Assembly (NCBI GenBank): GCA_903921835.1
Contig: CAIXRL010000296.1
Span: forward strand, 1 to 41,058
Direction: 5' to 3'
Length of the DNA: 41,058 bases
Origin: Candidatus Eiseniibacteriota bacterium
GTDB lineage: Bacteria; Eisenbacteria; RBG-16-71-46
The notes beneath the pieces are model-generated. The model was not told where the DNA came from. It saw nothing but the letters and a program-made list of their open reading frames with translations, and did not search any database. Shown here one piece after another: positions 7,334 to 14,342 of the stretch (positions are counted from its first letter, which is position 1; every line of letters starts with the position of its first letter). The position numbers and the translations under genes are program-made.

Positions 7334-8314
7334 ATGTGGGCGAAGATTGACGACGGCACGCCGGACCATCCAAAGCTCTGCGAGGCAGGCGAGCACCTGG
7401 GCGGAGAGGACGCCACCATCGTGGCGTTCGGCTTCTGGGCCAAGGGCCTCTGCTACGCCAATAAGCACCTGACGGACGGGTTCCTTCCGTTGGCCATGGT
7501 CCGCACGTGGTCTGACCGAGCGGTCAAGATTGCAGCGGCACTGGTGGCGGCGCGACTGTGGGACAAGGCTTCCGGTGGATTCAAGATTCACGACTATCAC
7601 GACCACAACCCTCATGCTGACGAGGTGCGCACAAGGAAGGAACAGGACCGAATTCGGAAAGAAAACGAACGACGAAAGAAGCTGGGTCTCCCTCCACCTG
7701 AGGATTGTCCGCCCGGAATCCAAGCGGAATCCGAGCGGAATCCAGCCGGACACATGTCGGACACGTCCGAGGATTGTCCGCCCGGAATCCAAGCGGAATC
7801 CGAGCGGAATCCAGAGCCTCGCGCGCCCGCGGGACGCGCCCGCGGGACGCGCCCGCATCCCGTCCCGTCCCGTCCCGTCCCGTCCCCCTCTGACACAGAG
7901 CGACAGCCAGCCCCGCAACAGCCGGCGGGGGGCGCCCCACGCGCTGGCGTGGCGTGGGCGGGACGACCGTCTGTGCCGCGATCGCTCCACGCCGAGTTCA
8001 TCAGCAAACTCGGGGGGCACCTAGAACACGCCGAGCAAGAGTTGCTCGAATGGTATCCCAGGGCGGCTGAGGCGTTCGGGTACACCGCCATCGGCGACGA
8101 CGACTTCAGGTTCTGGCGCGCCCGCTTCCGGGAGTGGGTCGGCACGACCGTCGCTCCGATCAACGGCAGCAAGCGCACGGCCGAGCAGTCGTCGTCGGAC
8201 GCGGACACGGGTGACTGGTTCGCCGAGTGTCAGCGGCTACACCAGGGCGCGTGCAATGGCAAGCTCGGGCACAGGACGCAGATGGTGATCGACGCGGTGA
8301 GGGCACACACGTGA
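7334..8314 (+). CDS. Putative replication organizer/initiator-like protein with a repeat-rich central linker
   Basis: It lies between the recombination genes and RusA. The N-terminal domain reads MWAKIDDGTPDHPKL...ANKHLTDGFLPLAMV. The central region is built from DNA direct repeats (see the repeat features). The function is inferred from context. Confidence 0.5.
   Translation: MWAKIDDGTPDHPKLCEAGEHLGGEDATIVAFGFWAKGLCYANKHLTDGFLPLAMVRTWSDRAVKIAAALVAARLWDKASGGFKIHDYHDHNPHADEVRTRKEQDRIRKENERRKKLGLPPPEDCPPGIQAESERNPAGHMSDTSEDCPPGIQAESERNPEPRAPAGRARGTRPHPVPSRPVPSPSDTERQPAPQQPAGGAPRAGVAWAGRPSVPRSLHAEFISKLGGHLEHAEQELLEWYPRAAEAFGYTAIGDDDFRFWRARFREWVGTTVAPINGSKRTAEQSSSDADTGDWFAECQRLHQGACNGKLGHRTQMVIDAVRAHT
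7700..7814. repeat. Two 46-nt direct repeats 69 nt apart, each holding three CGGAATCC motifs at 11-bp spacing (six in total)
   Basis: CGGAATCC occurs at 7714, 7725, 7736, 7783, 7794 and 7805. Copy 1 (7700-7745) and copy 2 (7769-7814) are identical as far as I can read. Confidence 0.9.
7823..7856. repeat. 2.6 copies of a 13-nt unit GCGCCCGCGGGAC (each containing the palindrome CCCGCGGG)
   Basis: Read directly from the sequence: 7823-7835, 7836-7848, and a partial copy at 7849-7856. Confidence 0.9.
7859..7883. repeat. (CCCGT)x5 pentanucleotide microsatellite inside a coding region
   Basis: Read directly from the sequence. Because the unit length is not a multiple of 3, gain or loss of a copy would shift the reading frame. 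Confidence 0.9.
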
Positions 8315-8841
8315 CCCTCGAGTTCTTCGCCGCCGGCAAGCCGGAGCCGCAGGGCAGCTCGAAGGGCTTCGTCATCACGGACAAGCGCACCGGCAAGCAG
8401 CGCGCGATCGTCACGAGCGACAACGCGAAGCTGAAACCATGGCGCTGGTCGGTGCAGCTCGCCGCGCGCCTGGCGATGGAGCGGGCCGGGCTGGGAGGGC
8501 AGATGATTGTGGGCAGCCCCGTGCATATCGAGGCGCGGTTCCTGATGCCTGCACCGTTGTGGGCACAGGCGAAGCAGAAGCGTGGAAAGGTCGTGGCGTG
8601 CATCGTGCGCCCCGACGTGGATAAGCTCGCACGCGGCCTCATGGATGCGCTCACCGGCATCGTGCTCCAGGACGACAGCCTGGTCGTCGACCTGCACCCC
8701 ACCAAGCGCTACGCAGTCGGCGTCGAAGAGCCCGGTGTGCATGTGCTCGTCGCGAGCCACCAGCCAGAGACCGCCGCGGTCGCCGTGTCGCCGCCGCTCG
8801 ACGAGGACCCGCCGGAACCAAGCGAGGAGGCGACATGGTGA
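8311..8841 (+). CDS. rusA: RusA-family Holliday junction resolvase
   Basis: GTGA overlap at 8311-8314. Motifs: GKPEPQGSSKG..., the RPDVDKLARGLMDALTGIVLQDDSLVVDLHPTKRY core typical of RusA, and an acidic/Pro-rich tail. Confidence 0.85.
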   Translation: MTLEFFAAGKPEPQGSSKGFVITDKRTGKQRAIVTSDNAKLKPWRWSVQLAARLAMERAGLGGQMIVGSPVHIEARFLMPAPLWAQAKQKRGKVVACIVRPDVDKLARGLMDALTGIVLQDDSLVVDLHPTKRYAVGVEEPGVHVLVASHQPETAAVAVSPPLDEDPPEPSEEATW

Positions 8842-9338
8842 CGCATCGCACACGGCTCGCGAGTCAGACAGTACTCGTGCCAACCGAGGCGACAGGGGAC
8901 CCTGGAAGGTCGCGACGGACAGCGGGAGCACGGGCGCGCAGGAAACGGCCAGGTTTCAGCCTCTCCATGGGGGTAATGGCCACCCAGGATGGCTTGGTCC
9001 TGACCGTCGAGGCGCCCATGGCGCCCACTGGCGCGGCCCCGATCGACTCGGACTACTACGCGCTGCCGCCCGCCGAGCGTCACAGCTGGCTCTGGGAGAC
9101 GATGGACCCACACGCCGACCTGCTCGTGACGGACCAAGGCGTCGAGTTGGTCGCGGCCTACCGTCGTTTAGGTGGTCGCTGCGGCCTCTGCGGAGAGCCT
9201 GTCGACCTTGCGATCAAGCGCGGGCCGACCCAGGCGACGCTGGATCATATCGTGCCGCAGAGTCTCGGCGGGGGATGCGAACGGTCGAACCTGCAACTGG
9301 CGCACCGCGGATGCAATTCGAGGAAAGGGAACCGCTAG
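8835..9338 (+). CDS. HNH endonuclease
   Basis: The C-terminal motif is CGLCGEPV...ATLDHIVPQSLGG...NLQLAHRGCNSRKGN. The start is uncertain (ATG at 8835 or ATG at 8967). It lies directly upstream of the terminase genes. Confidence 0.8.
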   Translation: MVTHRTRLASQTVLVPTEATGDPGRSRRTAGARARRKRPGFSLSMGVMATQDGLVLTVEAPMAPTGAAPIDSDYYALPPAERHSWLWETMDPHADLLVTDQGVELVAAYRRLGGRCGLCGEPVDLAIKRGPTQATLDHIVPQSLGGGCERSNLQLAHRGCNSRKGNR

Positions 9339-9931
9339 TGAGCACGACGGCGACGGGATCCGCACGACGACGGCTGAAGCCGGCGCTGCTCACTCGGCGC
9401 GAGCTCGCCGCGCTGCTCCACGTGGTCCCGATGACGATCACGAAGTGGGAACAGGCGGGGATGCCGATCGCGACGCGTGGTCGGAAGGGCAAGCCGTCGC
9501 GTTATCGGGAGACGGTCGTGCGGTCGTGGCTCCAGCAGCGAGAGGAGGACGCTCAGCGGCCCGGGTCGGTCACGGACGTGGCCAAAGAAAAGGCGAGGCT
9601 CGCCAGAGAACAGGCCGACCTCACGCTACAGACGCGCATGATGCGCGCGCGGGATCTCTTGCCCCGCGAAGAGGTCGAACGCGCGTGGACCGCAGAGGTC
9701 GCCGCGGTGCGCGCGAAGCTGCTGGCGTGGCCGGCGACGCTCGCCGACCAGGTGCACCGGGCGGCCGTGCTCGACGGCCTGGGCGGCGTCGAGCGCGTGC
9801 TCAATGAGGCCATCCGGAACGTGCTGCGCGAGTTGGCCCATGCGAAGGCGAGCACGCCGGAGTCGGAGGCAGAACCGACCGACCTCTTGACTGTCCAGCC
9901 TACTGCGCCACCTGCCGAGGTGTTTGCGTGA
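9338..9931 (+). CDS. Terminase small subunit (Nu1-like, N-terminal HTH)
   Basis: GTG at 9338 overlaps the HNH stop. LTRRELAALLHVVPMTITKWEQAGMPI...GKPSRYRETVVRSWL resembles the Nu1-type HTH. It is followed by a coiled coil and lies directly upstream of, and coupled (GTGA) to, the large terminase. Confidence 0.7.
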   Translation: MSTTATGSARRRLKPALLTRRELAALLHVVPMTITKWEQAGMPIATRGRKGKPSRYRETVVRSWLQQREEDAQRPGSVTDVAKEKARLAREQADLTLQTRMMRARDLLPREEVERAWTAEVAAVRAKLLAWPATLADQVHRAAVLDGLGGVERVLNEAIRNVLRELAHAKASTPESEAEPTDLLTVQPTAPPAEVFA

Positions 9932-11805
9932 CCACGACCCAGGCGCTTCTTCGCACCGTTCGAAAGGGCTGGCTTCCGCCGCCAGACCTGAACGTCTCGA
10001 CGTTCGCCGACCAAGAACTCGTCGTGACGACAGGCCCGCTCGCCGGCACGCACTGGCAGACCGCGTTCGCGCCGTATCAGCGCGGGATCCTGGATGCGTT
10101 CCACAAACCAGGCGTTGAGATCGCCGTGGTGATGGGCAGCTCGCAGTGGGGCAAGACGAGCTGCGCGGTGTGCGTCGTCGCCTTCCACGTCGCGCACGAT
10201 CCGTGCCCCATCCTGATCGTGGAGCCGACCGTGGACCCGATGGCGAAGGACTTCGCAAAGAATCGCCTCGACCCGGTCATCGCGGCGAGCCCCTTGCTGC
10301 GCGAGACCGTGTCGAAGAGGCGCGCGAAGGATGCCAGCAACACGACGCTGGCAAAGACGTTCCGCGGCGGGTCGCTCTCGATCGGCGGCGCGAATTCTGC
10401 GGCATCACTCGCCGCCCGGTCCATCCGGTTGCTCGTGCTCGACGAGGTTGATCGGTATCCGCCTGAGTTACCTGGGGAAGGATCAACACTCGCGATCGCG
10501 TTCAAGCGGACCGCGGCCTATCGGCGGCGCCGACGAATCCTGATGCTCTCATCCCCCACGCTGAAAGGCGCGCCGATCGACGTGTGGTTTCATCGCGGCG
10601 ACCAGCGGCGCTACCACGTCCCGTGCCCGTCGTGCGGCGTGATGCACCCGTTCCAGTGGAAGCAGGTCCACTGGACGCACGACGATCCGGCGACGGCGCG
10701 GCTGCACTGCCCAGCCTGCGACTACACGATCGACGATGCGGAGCGCGTGGCCATCCTCGCGCACGGCCAATGGATTCCGGACTGCCCGGAACGCGCTGAC
10801 AAGTCGGTCGTGTCGTTTCACGTTTGGGAGGCGTATTCACCGCTCTCCTCCCTGGCCGAAATCGTGACGTCGTTCCTGCGGGCTCGAGTGGCTCAGAAGG
10901 CCGGGGATCGGAGCGAGATGCACACCTGGCAGAACACGACACTCGGCGAGCCGATCGAACTGGACCAGGGCGATGGCGTCGAGCCGCACGTGCTGCTGAT
11001 GCGGCGCGAAGCCTACAGTGAGGGCGTCGACATTCCAGACGGCGGTTGCGTCCTGACGATGGGCGTGGACACCCAGGACGACCGCCTCGAGGCACTCGTG
11101 ATCGCCTGGGGGCCAGGGGAGGAATCCTGGATTGTCGACCGACAGACGCTCCCCGGCGATCCGGAAGGCCCGGAGCCGTGGACGATGCTCGACGAGCTGC
11201 TGGTGCGTGAATACCGGCACGCGCTCGGGTTCAGGCTGGCGATCCGTGCGACCTGCGTCGACTCGGCCGGGCACCGCACGACGTTCGTGTACGACTACGC
11301 CAGGCGTAAGGCTGCGCGCCGCGTCTTTGCGATCATCGGCCGCGACGGGCAGCGCCCGATCGTCTCGTCGCCGTCTCCACGGCGCTGGGGGCGCGAACAA
11401 CGCGAGGTGCCGCTCTACACGATTGGGACCGACGCGGCGAAGTCACTGATCGTCTCGCGGCTCTCGTTGACGGAGAAGGGCCCGGGTTTCGTCCATATGC
11501 CTCATGCCGAGTGGGCGGACGAGGAACTCGCGGCGCAGCTCACGAGCGAGCGGCTCGTGACGGTGTGGTCGAAGGGGATTCCCTCGCAGGTCTGGCGGAA
11601 GGTGCGGCCGCGAAATGAAATGCTCGACGCGTTCGTCTACGCGGTGGGCGCGCTCAGGCTGATCCACCCGAATCTGCCGGTGGTCGCGGCGCAGCTCGCG
11701 GCGATGGCTGGGACCGCCACGGTGCAGCCACTCCCACGCCAGGCTGCGCCGTCGCCGCCCCCGCAATCGCGGCGCATCGCGCGCAGTGGGTATCTCGGGC
11801 GATAA
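9928..11805 (+). CDS. Terminase large subunit, lambda gpA family
   Basis: 625 aa. It has a Walker A-like SSQWGKTS and LLVLDEVDRYP, and the overall gpA-type layout including the CPSCG...CPAC zinc motif. Confidence 0.93.
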   Translation: MTTTQALLRTVRKGWLPPPDLNVSTFADQELVVTTGPLAGTHWQTAFAPYQRGILDAFHKPGVEIAVVMGSSQWGKTSCAVCVVAFHVAHDPCPILIVEPTVDPMAKDFAKNRLDPVIAASPLLRETVSKRRAKDASNTTLAKTFRGGSLSIGGANSAASLAARSIRLLVLDEVDRYPPELPGEGSTLAIAFKRTAAYRRRRRILMLSSPTLKGAPIDVWFHRGDQRRYHVPCPSCGVMHPFQWKQVHWTHDDPATARLHCPACDYTIDDAERVAILAHGQWIPDCPERADKSVVSFHVWEAYSPLSSLAEIVTSFLRARVAQKAGDRSEMHTWQNTTLGEPIELDQGDGVEPHVLLMRREAYSEGVDIPDGGCVLTMGVDTQDDRLEALVIAWGPGEESWIVDRQTLPGDPEGPEPWTMLDELLVREYRHALGFRLAIRATCVDSAGHRTTFVYDYARRKAARRVFAIIGRDGQRPIVSSPSPRRWGREQREVPLYTIGTDAAKSLIVSRLSLTEKGPGFVHMPHAEWADEELAAQLTSERLVTVWSKGIPSQVWRKVRPRNEMLDAFVYAVGALRLIHPNLPVVAAQLAAMAGTATVQPLPRQAAPSPPPQSRRIARSGYLGR

Positions 11806-11821
11806 CGACCAAGGGAACGCC

Positions 11822-12025
11822 GTGACCCTGCTCAATCCGGAAACCTGTCGTCACTGCGGCCACCGAGGCTATGTCATTGACAGTCGCGTTGAGCCTGGCT
11901 ACCGTCGTCGGCGCCACGAATGTCCACGCTGCGAGAGGCGCTGGACGTCCTACCAATCACTGATCAATCCGCGCAAAGTGACGCTCAAATCTCCGCCTTC
12001 AACCAGTCGAGCCACTACTAGCTAG
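11822..12025 (+). CDS. NrdR-like zinc-ribbon protein lacking an ATP-cone (67 aa)
   Basis: GTG at 11822 follows aaggga. CRHCGHRGYVIDSRVEPGYRRRRHECPRCERRWTSYQ matches the NrdR N-terminal pattern CxxC..V.DSR....RRR.CxxC..R[FW]T[ST][FY][EQ]. Confidence 0.55.
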   Translation: MTLLNPETCRHCGHRGYVIDSRVEPGYRRRRHECPRCERRWTSYQSLINPRKVTLKSPPSTSRATTS

Positions 12026-12099
12026 TGGCTGTGGCTGCGCCTGCACTGTTCGCGTGTAGGCTACTTCCGTCTTCAACCTACGGAACGGAGGTCTTCGCC

Positions 12100-12315
12100 A
12101 TGCCTCAGTCAGCCGCCGACCTGCAAACGGAACTGCTGGCGCTGCGCGCTCGGAAGCTGGCCGCGGCCGGCATCCGCTCCACACAGTTCGCCGACCAGAT
12201 GACGGCCTTCGACCATCCCGACCTCGACCAACGCATTGCCGCCATTGAGCGCCAGCTCGCCGTGTCAGGCCGGGGCTCGACCACGCGCTACGCCGCGACC
12301 TCGAAGGGACTCTGA
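12100..12315 (+). CDS. gpW-like head-tail joining protein, copy 1 (71 aa)
   Basis: ATG at 12100 follows ggagg. The size, the position after the large terminase and the core IRSTQFADQMTAF...L..RIAAIERQL resemble lambda gpW (VATVQKDGRRVEFT...L..YIAELE). Confidence 0.6.
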   Translation: MPQSAADLQTELLALRARKLAAAGIRSTQFADQMTAFDHPDLDQRIAAIERQLAVSGRGSTTRYAATSKGL

Positions 12316-12317
12316 CC

Positions 12318-12896
12318 GTGCCTGGTCTCGACATTGCGCGCGCGGAGGCGATCACGGGCTGGATGAGTCCTGGCGAGCTGACCTGGCTCGCCGCGCACGC
12401 CCTCGGCACGCGCACTATCATCGAAATTGGGGCCTTCTGCGGTCGGTCCACGCGAGCGCTCGCCGATCACTGCCCGGGCGTGGTCTATGCGGTGGACCCG
12501 TGGGAAGGCTACGCGAACGACGACGGTAGCCAGGCGAAGTGGATCCTCGAGCAAGGTCCCGGGAGTTGGGTCGCGATCGTCGAGGCGTTCAATCGCAACC
12601 TCGCCGACCACATCGCGTCGGGGCGCGTCGTGCCGGTGCGTCTGCGAGCCTTCGACGCCTACCCAAAGATCAGCGTGCAGCAGTCCTTCCGCGCAGACCT
12701 CGTGTTCGTGGATGGGGACCACCGCTACGAAGCGTGCAAGCAGGACATCCAGCTCTATCGAGACCTCGTCGCGCCGGGTGGCGTGCTCGCGGGCCACGAC
12801 TACGGCAGGAACGACTGGCCGGGCGTCAAGCGCGCGGTCGACGAGCTGCTCGGAAAGGTCAACCACCGCGAGTCAATCTGGTGGATGCGGCGATAA
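12318..12896 (+). CDS. Class I SAM-dependent methyltransferase (O-methyltransferase/Methyltransf_24-like)
   Basis: IIEIGAFCGRST (motif I) and LVFVDGDHRYEACKQDI...GGVLAGHDY are typical of this fold. Confidence 0.8.
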   Translation: MPGLDIARAEAITGWMSPGELTWLAAHALGTRTIIEIGAFCGRSTRALADHCPGVVYAVDPWEGYANDDGSQAKWILEQGPGSWVAIVEAFNRNLADHIASGRVVPVRLRAFDAYPKISVQQSFRADLVFVDGDHRYEACKQDIQLYRDLVAPGGVLAGHDYGRNDWPGVKRAVDELLGKVNHRESIWWMRR

Positions 12897-12972
12897 CGAT
12901 GTCCACGTATCACGTCGATCTGCTCGCGGCTCGCCGCGGTAAACTCGCAACCCACTTGAAGGAGAGAGACTC

Positions 12973-13314
12973 ATGGCTTTTGCACTGACCGCACGACAAC
13001 TCGCCCTCGACGCGATCACCTGTGACCGCGTGTCTCTGCACAGCGGCGACCCGGGCGCGGATGGAGCGAGTTACATCTCGGCGGGTGGCCGGGTGGCCGC
13101 GACGTTCAACGCCGCGAATGCTTCGGCCGAGCGTGTGCTGAACGCCGACGTGAACTTCACAGGTTTGGCGGCGAATGCGTCCGTCACCCATTTCGGCGTG
13201 TGGTTGAACGCCGGCACGGTCTACCGCTGCGGCGCGGCGCTGACTGGGGACCAGACGGCCAATGCCGCGGGGGAGTACACTTTGAAAGGTACGACCACGA
13301 AAATTACCGCGTAG
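12973..13314 (+). CDS. Hypothetical beta-rich protein (113 aa)
   Basis: A strong RBS (aaggagagag) precedes ATG at 12973. The protein is Ala/Gly/Thr/Asn-rich with no enzymatic motif. Confidence 0.6.
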   Translation: MAFALTARQLALDAITCDRVSLHSGDPGADGASYISAGGRVAATFNAANASAERVLNADVNFTGLAANASVTHFGVWLNAGTVYRCGAALTGDQTANAAGEYTLKGTTTKITA

Positions 13315-13316
13315 CC

Positions 13317-13895
13317 ATGAGTGCGCGAGTCGGCATCGGCATTCCACTGGTGGCGCTTCGTGCCAAGTCGCTCGTGAGTCTGTGTCAGAACCTGATTCAG
13401 ACGCACGCCGAGATGGCCTTGCTCATCGTCGAGGGGGCGTACATTCAGCACAACCGGGCGTTGCTGGTGAAGCACGCGCGGGAGCAGGGATGTACGCACC
13501 TGTTCTTCATGGATCACGACATGGTGTTCCCGGCCGACACCGTGGACCGGCTGCTCGCGCACGACAAAGACATCGTGGCGTGCGCCTACAACATGCGTGG
13601 GCGATTTCCGCTCGAAAGCGTGGTAACGCTCCACGATGCTGCCGGACAGCGGGTACCAGATGCCGACCTCCCCGGGGAGCTGTTTCGGTGCAGTTCGCTC
13701 GGGTGTGGGGTGATGCTGATCAAAATCCCGGTGTTCGAGCGCATCGCGCAGCCGTGGTTCCACCTGCACATTGAGGGATTCGACCTCCTCTCGACCGAGG
13801 ACGTATGGTTCTGTAACCAGGCACGGCAAGCCGGAATTGACATTTGGTGTGACCCGACGATTCCGGTCCAGCACCAGGGCGAGTTTCTGTTCTAG
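13317..13895 (+). CDS. GT-A fold glycosyltransferase (family 2-like)
   Basis: ATG at 13317 lies within listed ORF 13200..13895. Motifs: LFFMDHDMVF (DxD-like) and STEDVWFCNQARQAGIDIWCD (ED..FC motif). Confidence 0.7.
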   Translation: MSARVGIGIPLVALRAKSLVSLCQNLIQTHAEMALLIVEGAYIQHNRALLVKHAREQGCTHLFFMDHDMVFPADTVDRLLAHDKDIVACAYNMRGRFPLESVVTLHDAAGQRVPDADLPGELFRCSSLGCGVMLIKIPVFERIAQPWFHLHIEGFDLLSTEDVWFCNQARQAGIDIWCDPTIPVQHQGEFLF

Positions 13896-13907
13896 GGAGG
13901 TGTCCGC

Positions 13908-14336
13908 ATGGCGACTGCACGAGTGACCGGTAACGTCACGTCGAACGTCACGACCTGGGCCGACGTGACGGGGCTGTCGTTTGCCTTGGACGCGAACACC
14001 AACTACTACTTCCGGTTCGTGCTGCACCATTCCAGCGCGGCAACCACGACGGGCATCCGGTTCGGCGTGTCGGGGCCAGCGTCTCCGACGGCGCTGCGCG
14101 TGGGTGGAATGGTGCCCATCAGCACGGTGGCGGCCAACTTCGGGTCGCAGACGGCGTACGATACAGCCATCTTCGCCTCGACGACCGGCACGACGGTCGC
14201 TGTCATGACCATCATCGAAGGGTTGATTCGGAACGCGGGAAACACCGGCAATCTCGCGTGCCGTGTGGCGTCCGAGGTGGGGGCAGCCACGGTGACGGTC
14301 CTGGCGAACTCACACGGTGTCGTGCTGCCCATGTAG
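13908..14336 (+). CDS. Hypothetical beta-sandwich-like protein, paralog of the N-terminal domain of the next gene
   Basis: Over its full 142 aa it aligns by eye to residues 1-145 of the 14343..16163 product (RVTGNV...YYFRFVLHHSS...GIRFGVSGPA..ALRVGG versus RRVTGDV...IYFRYVVHVTS...GVCFAINGPAGTLRVGT). Confidence 0.6.
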   Translation: MATARVTGNVTSNVTTWADVTGLSFALDANTNYYFRFVLHHSSAATTTGIRFGVSGPASPTALRVGGMVPISTVAANFGSQTAYDTAIFASTTGTTVAVMTIIEGLIRNAGNTGNLACRVASEVGAATVTVLANSHGVVLPM

Positions 14337-14342
14337 CCGCGC

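Noticed and set aside
8582-9337. The N-terminal 250 aa of the listed 449-aa ORF (8582-9931).
   Set aside because: It overlaps the RusA and HNH genes, which have clear catalytic motifs in other frames, and it is R/S/P-rich. The genuine small-terminase gene starts at GTG 9338.
12898-12988. A 30-aa ORF (MSTYHVDLLAARRGKLATHLKERDSWLLH) in the spacer after the first methyltransferase.
   Set aside because: It overlaps the strong RBS and the start of the 12973 gene, and it has no RBS of its own. The 76-nt spacer is more simply non-coding leader sequence.
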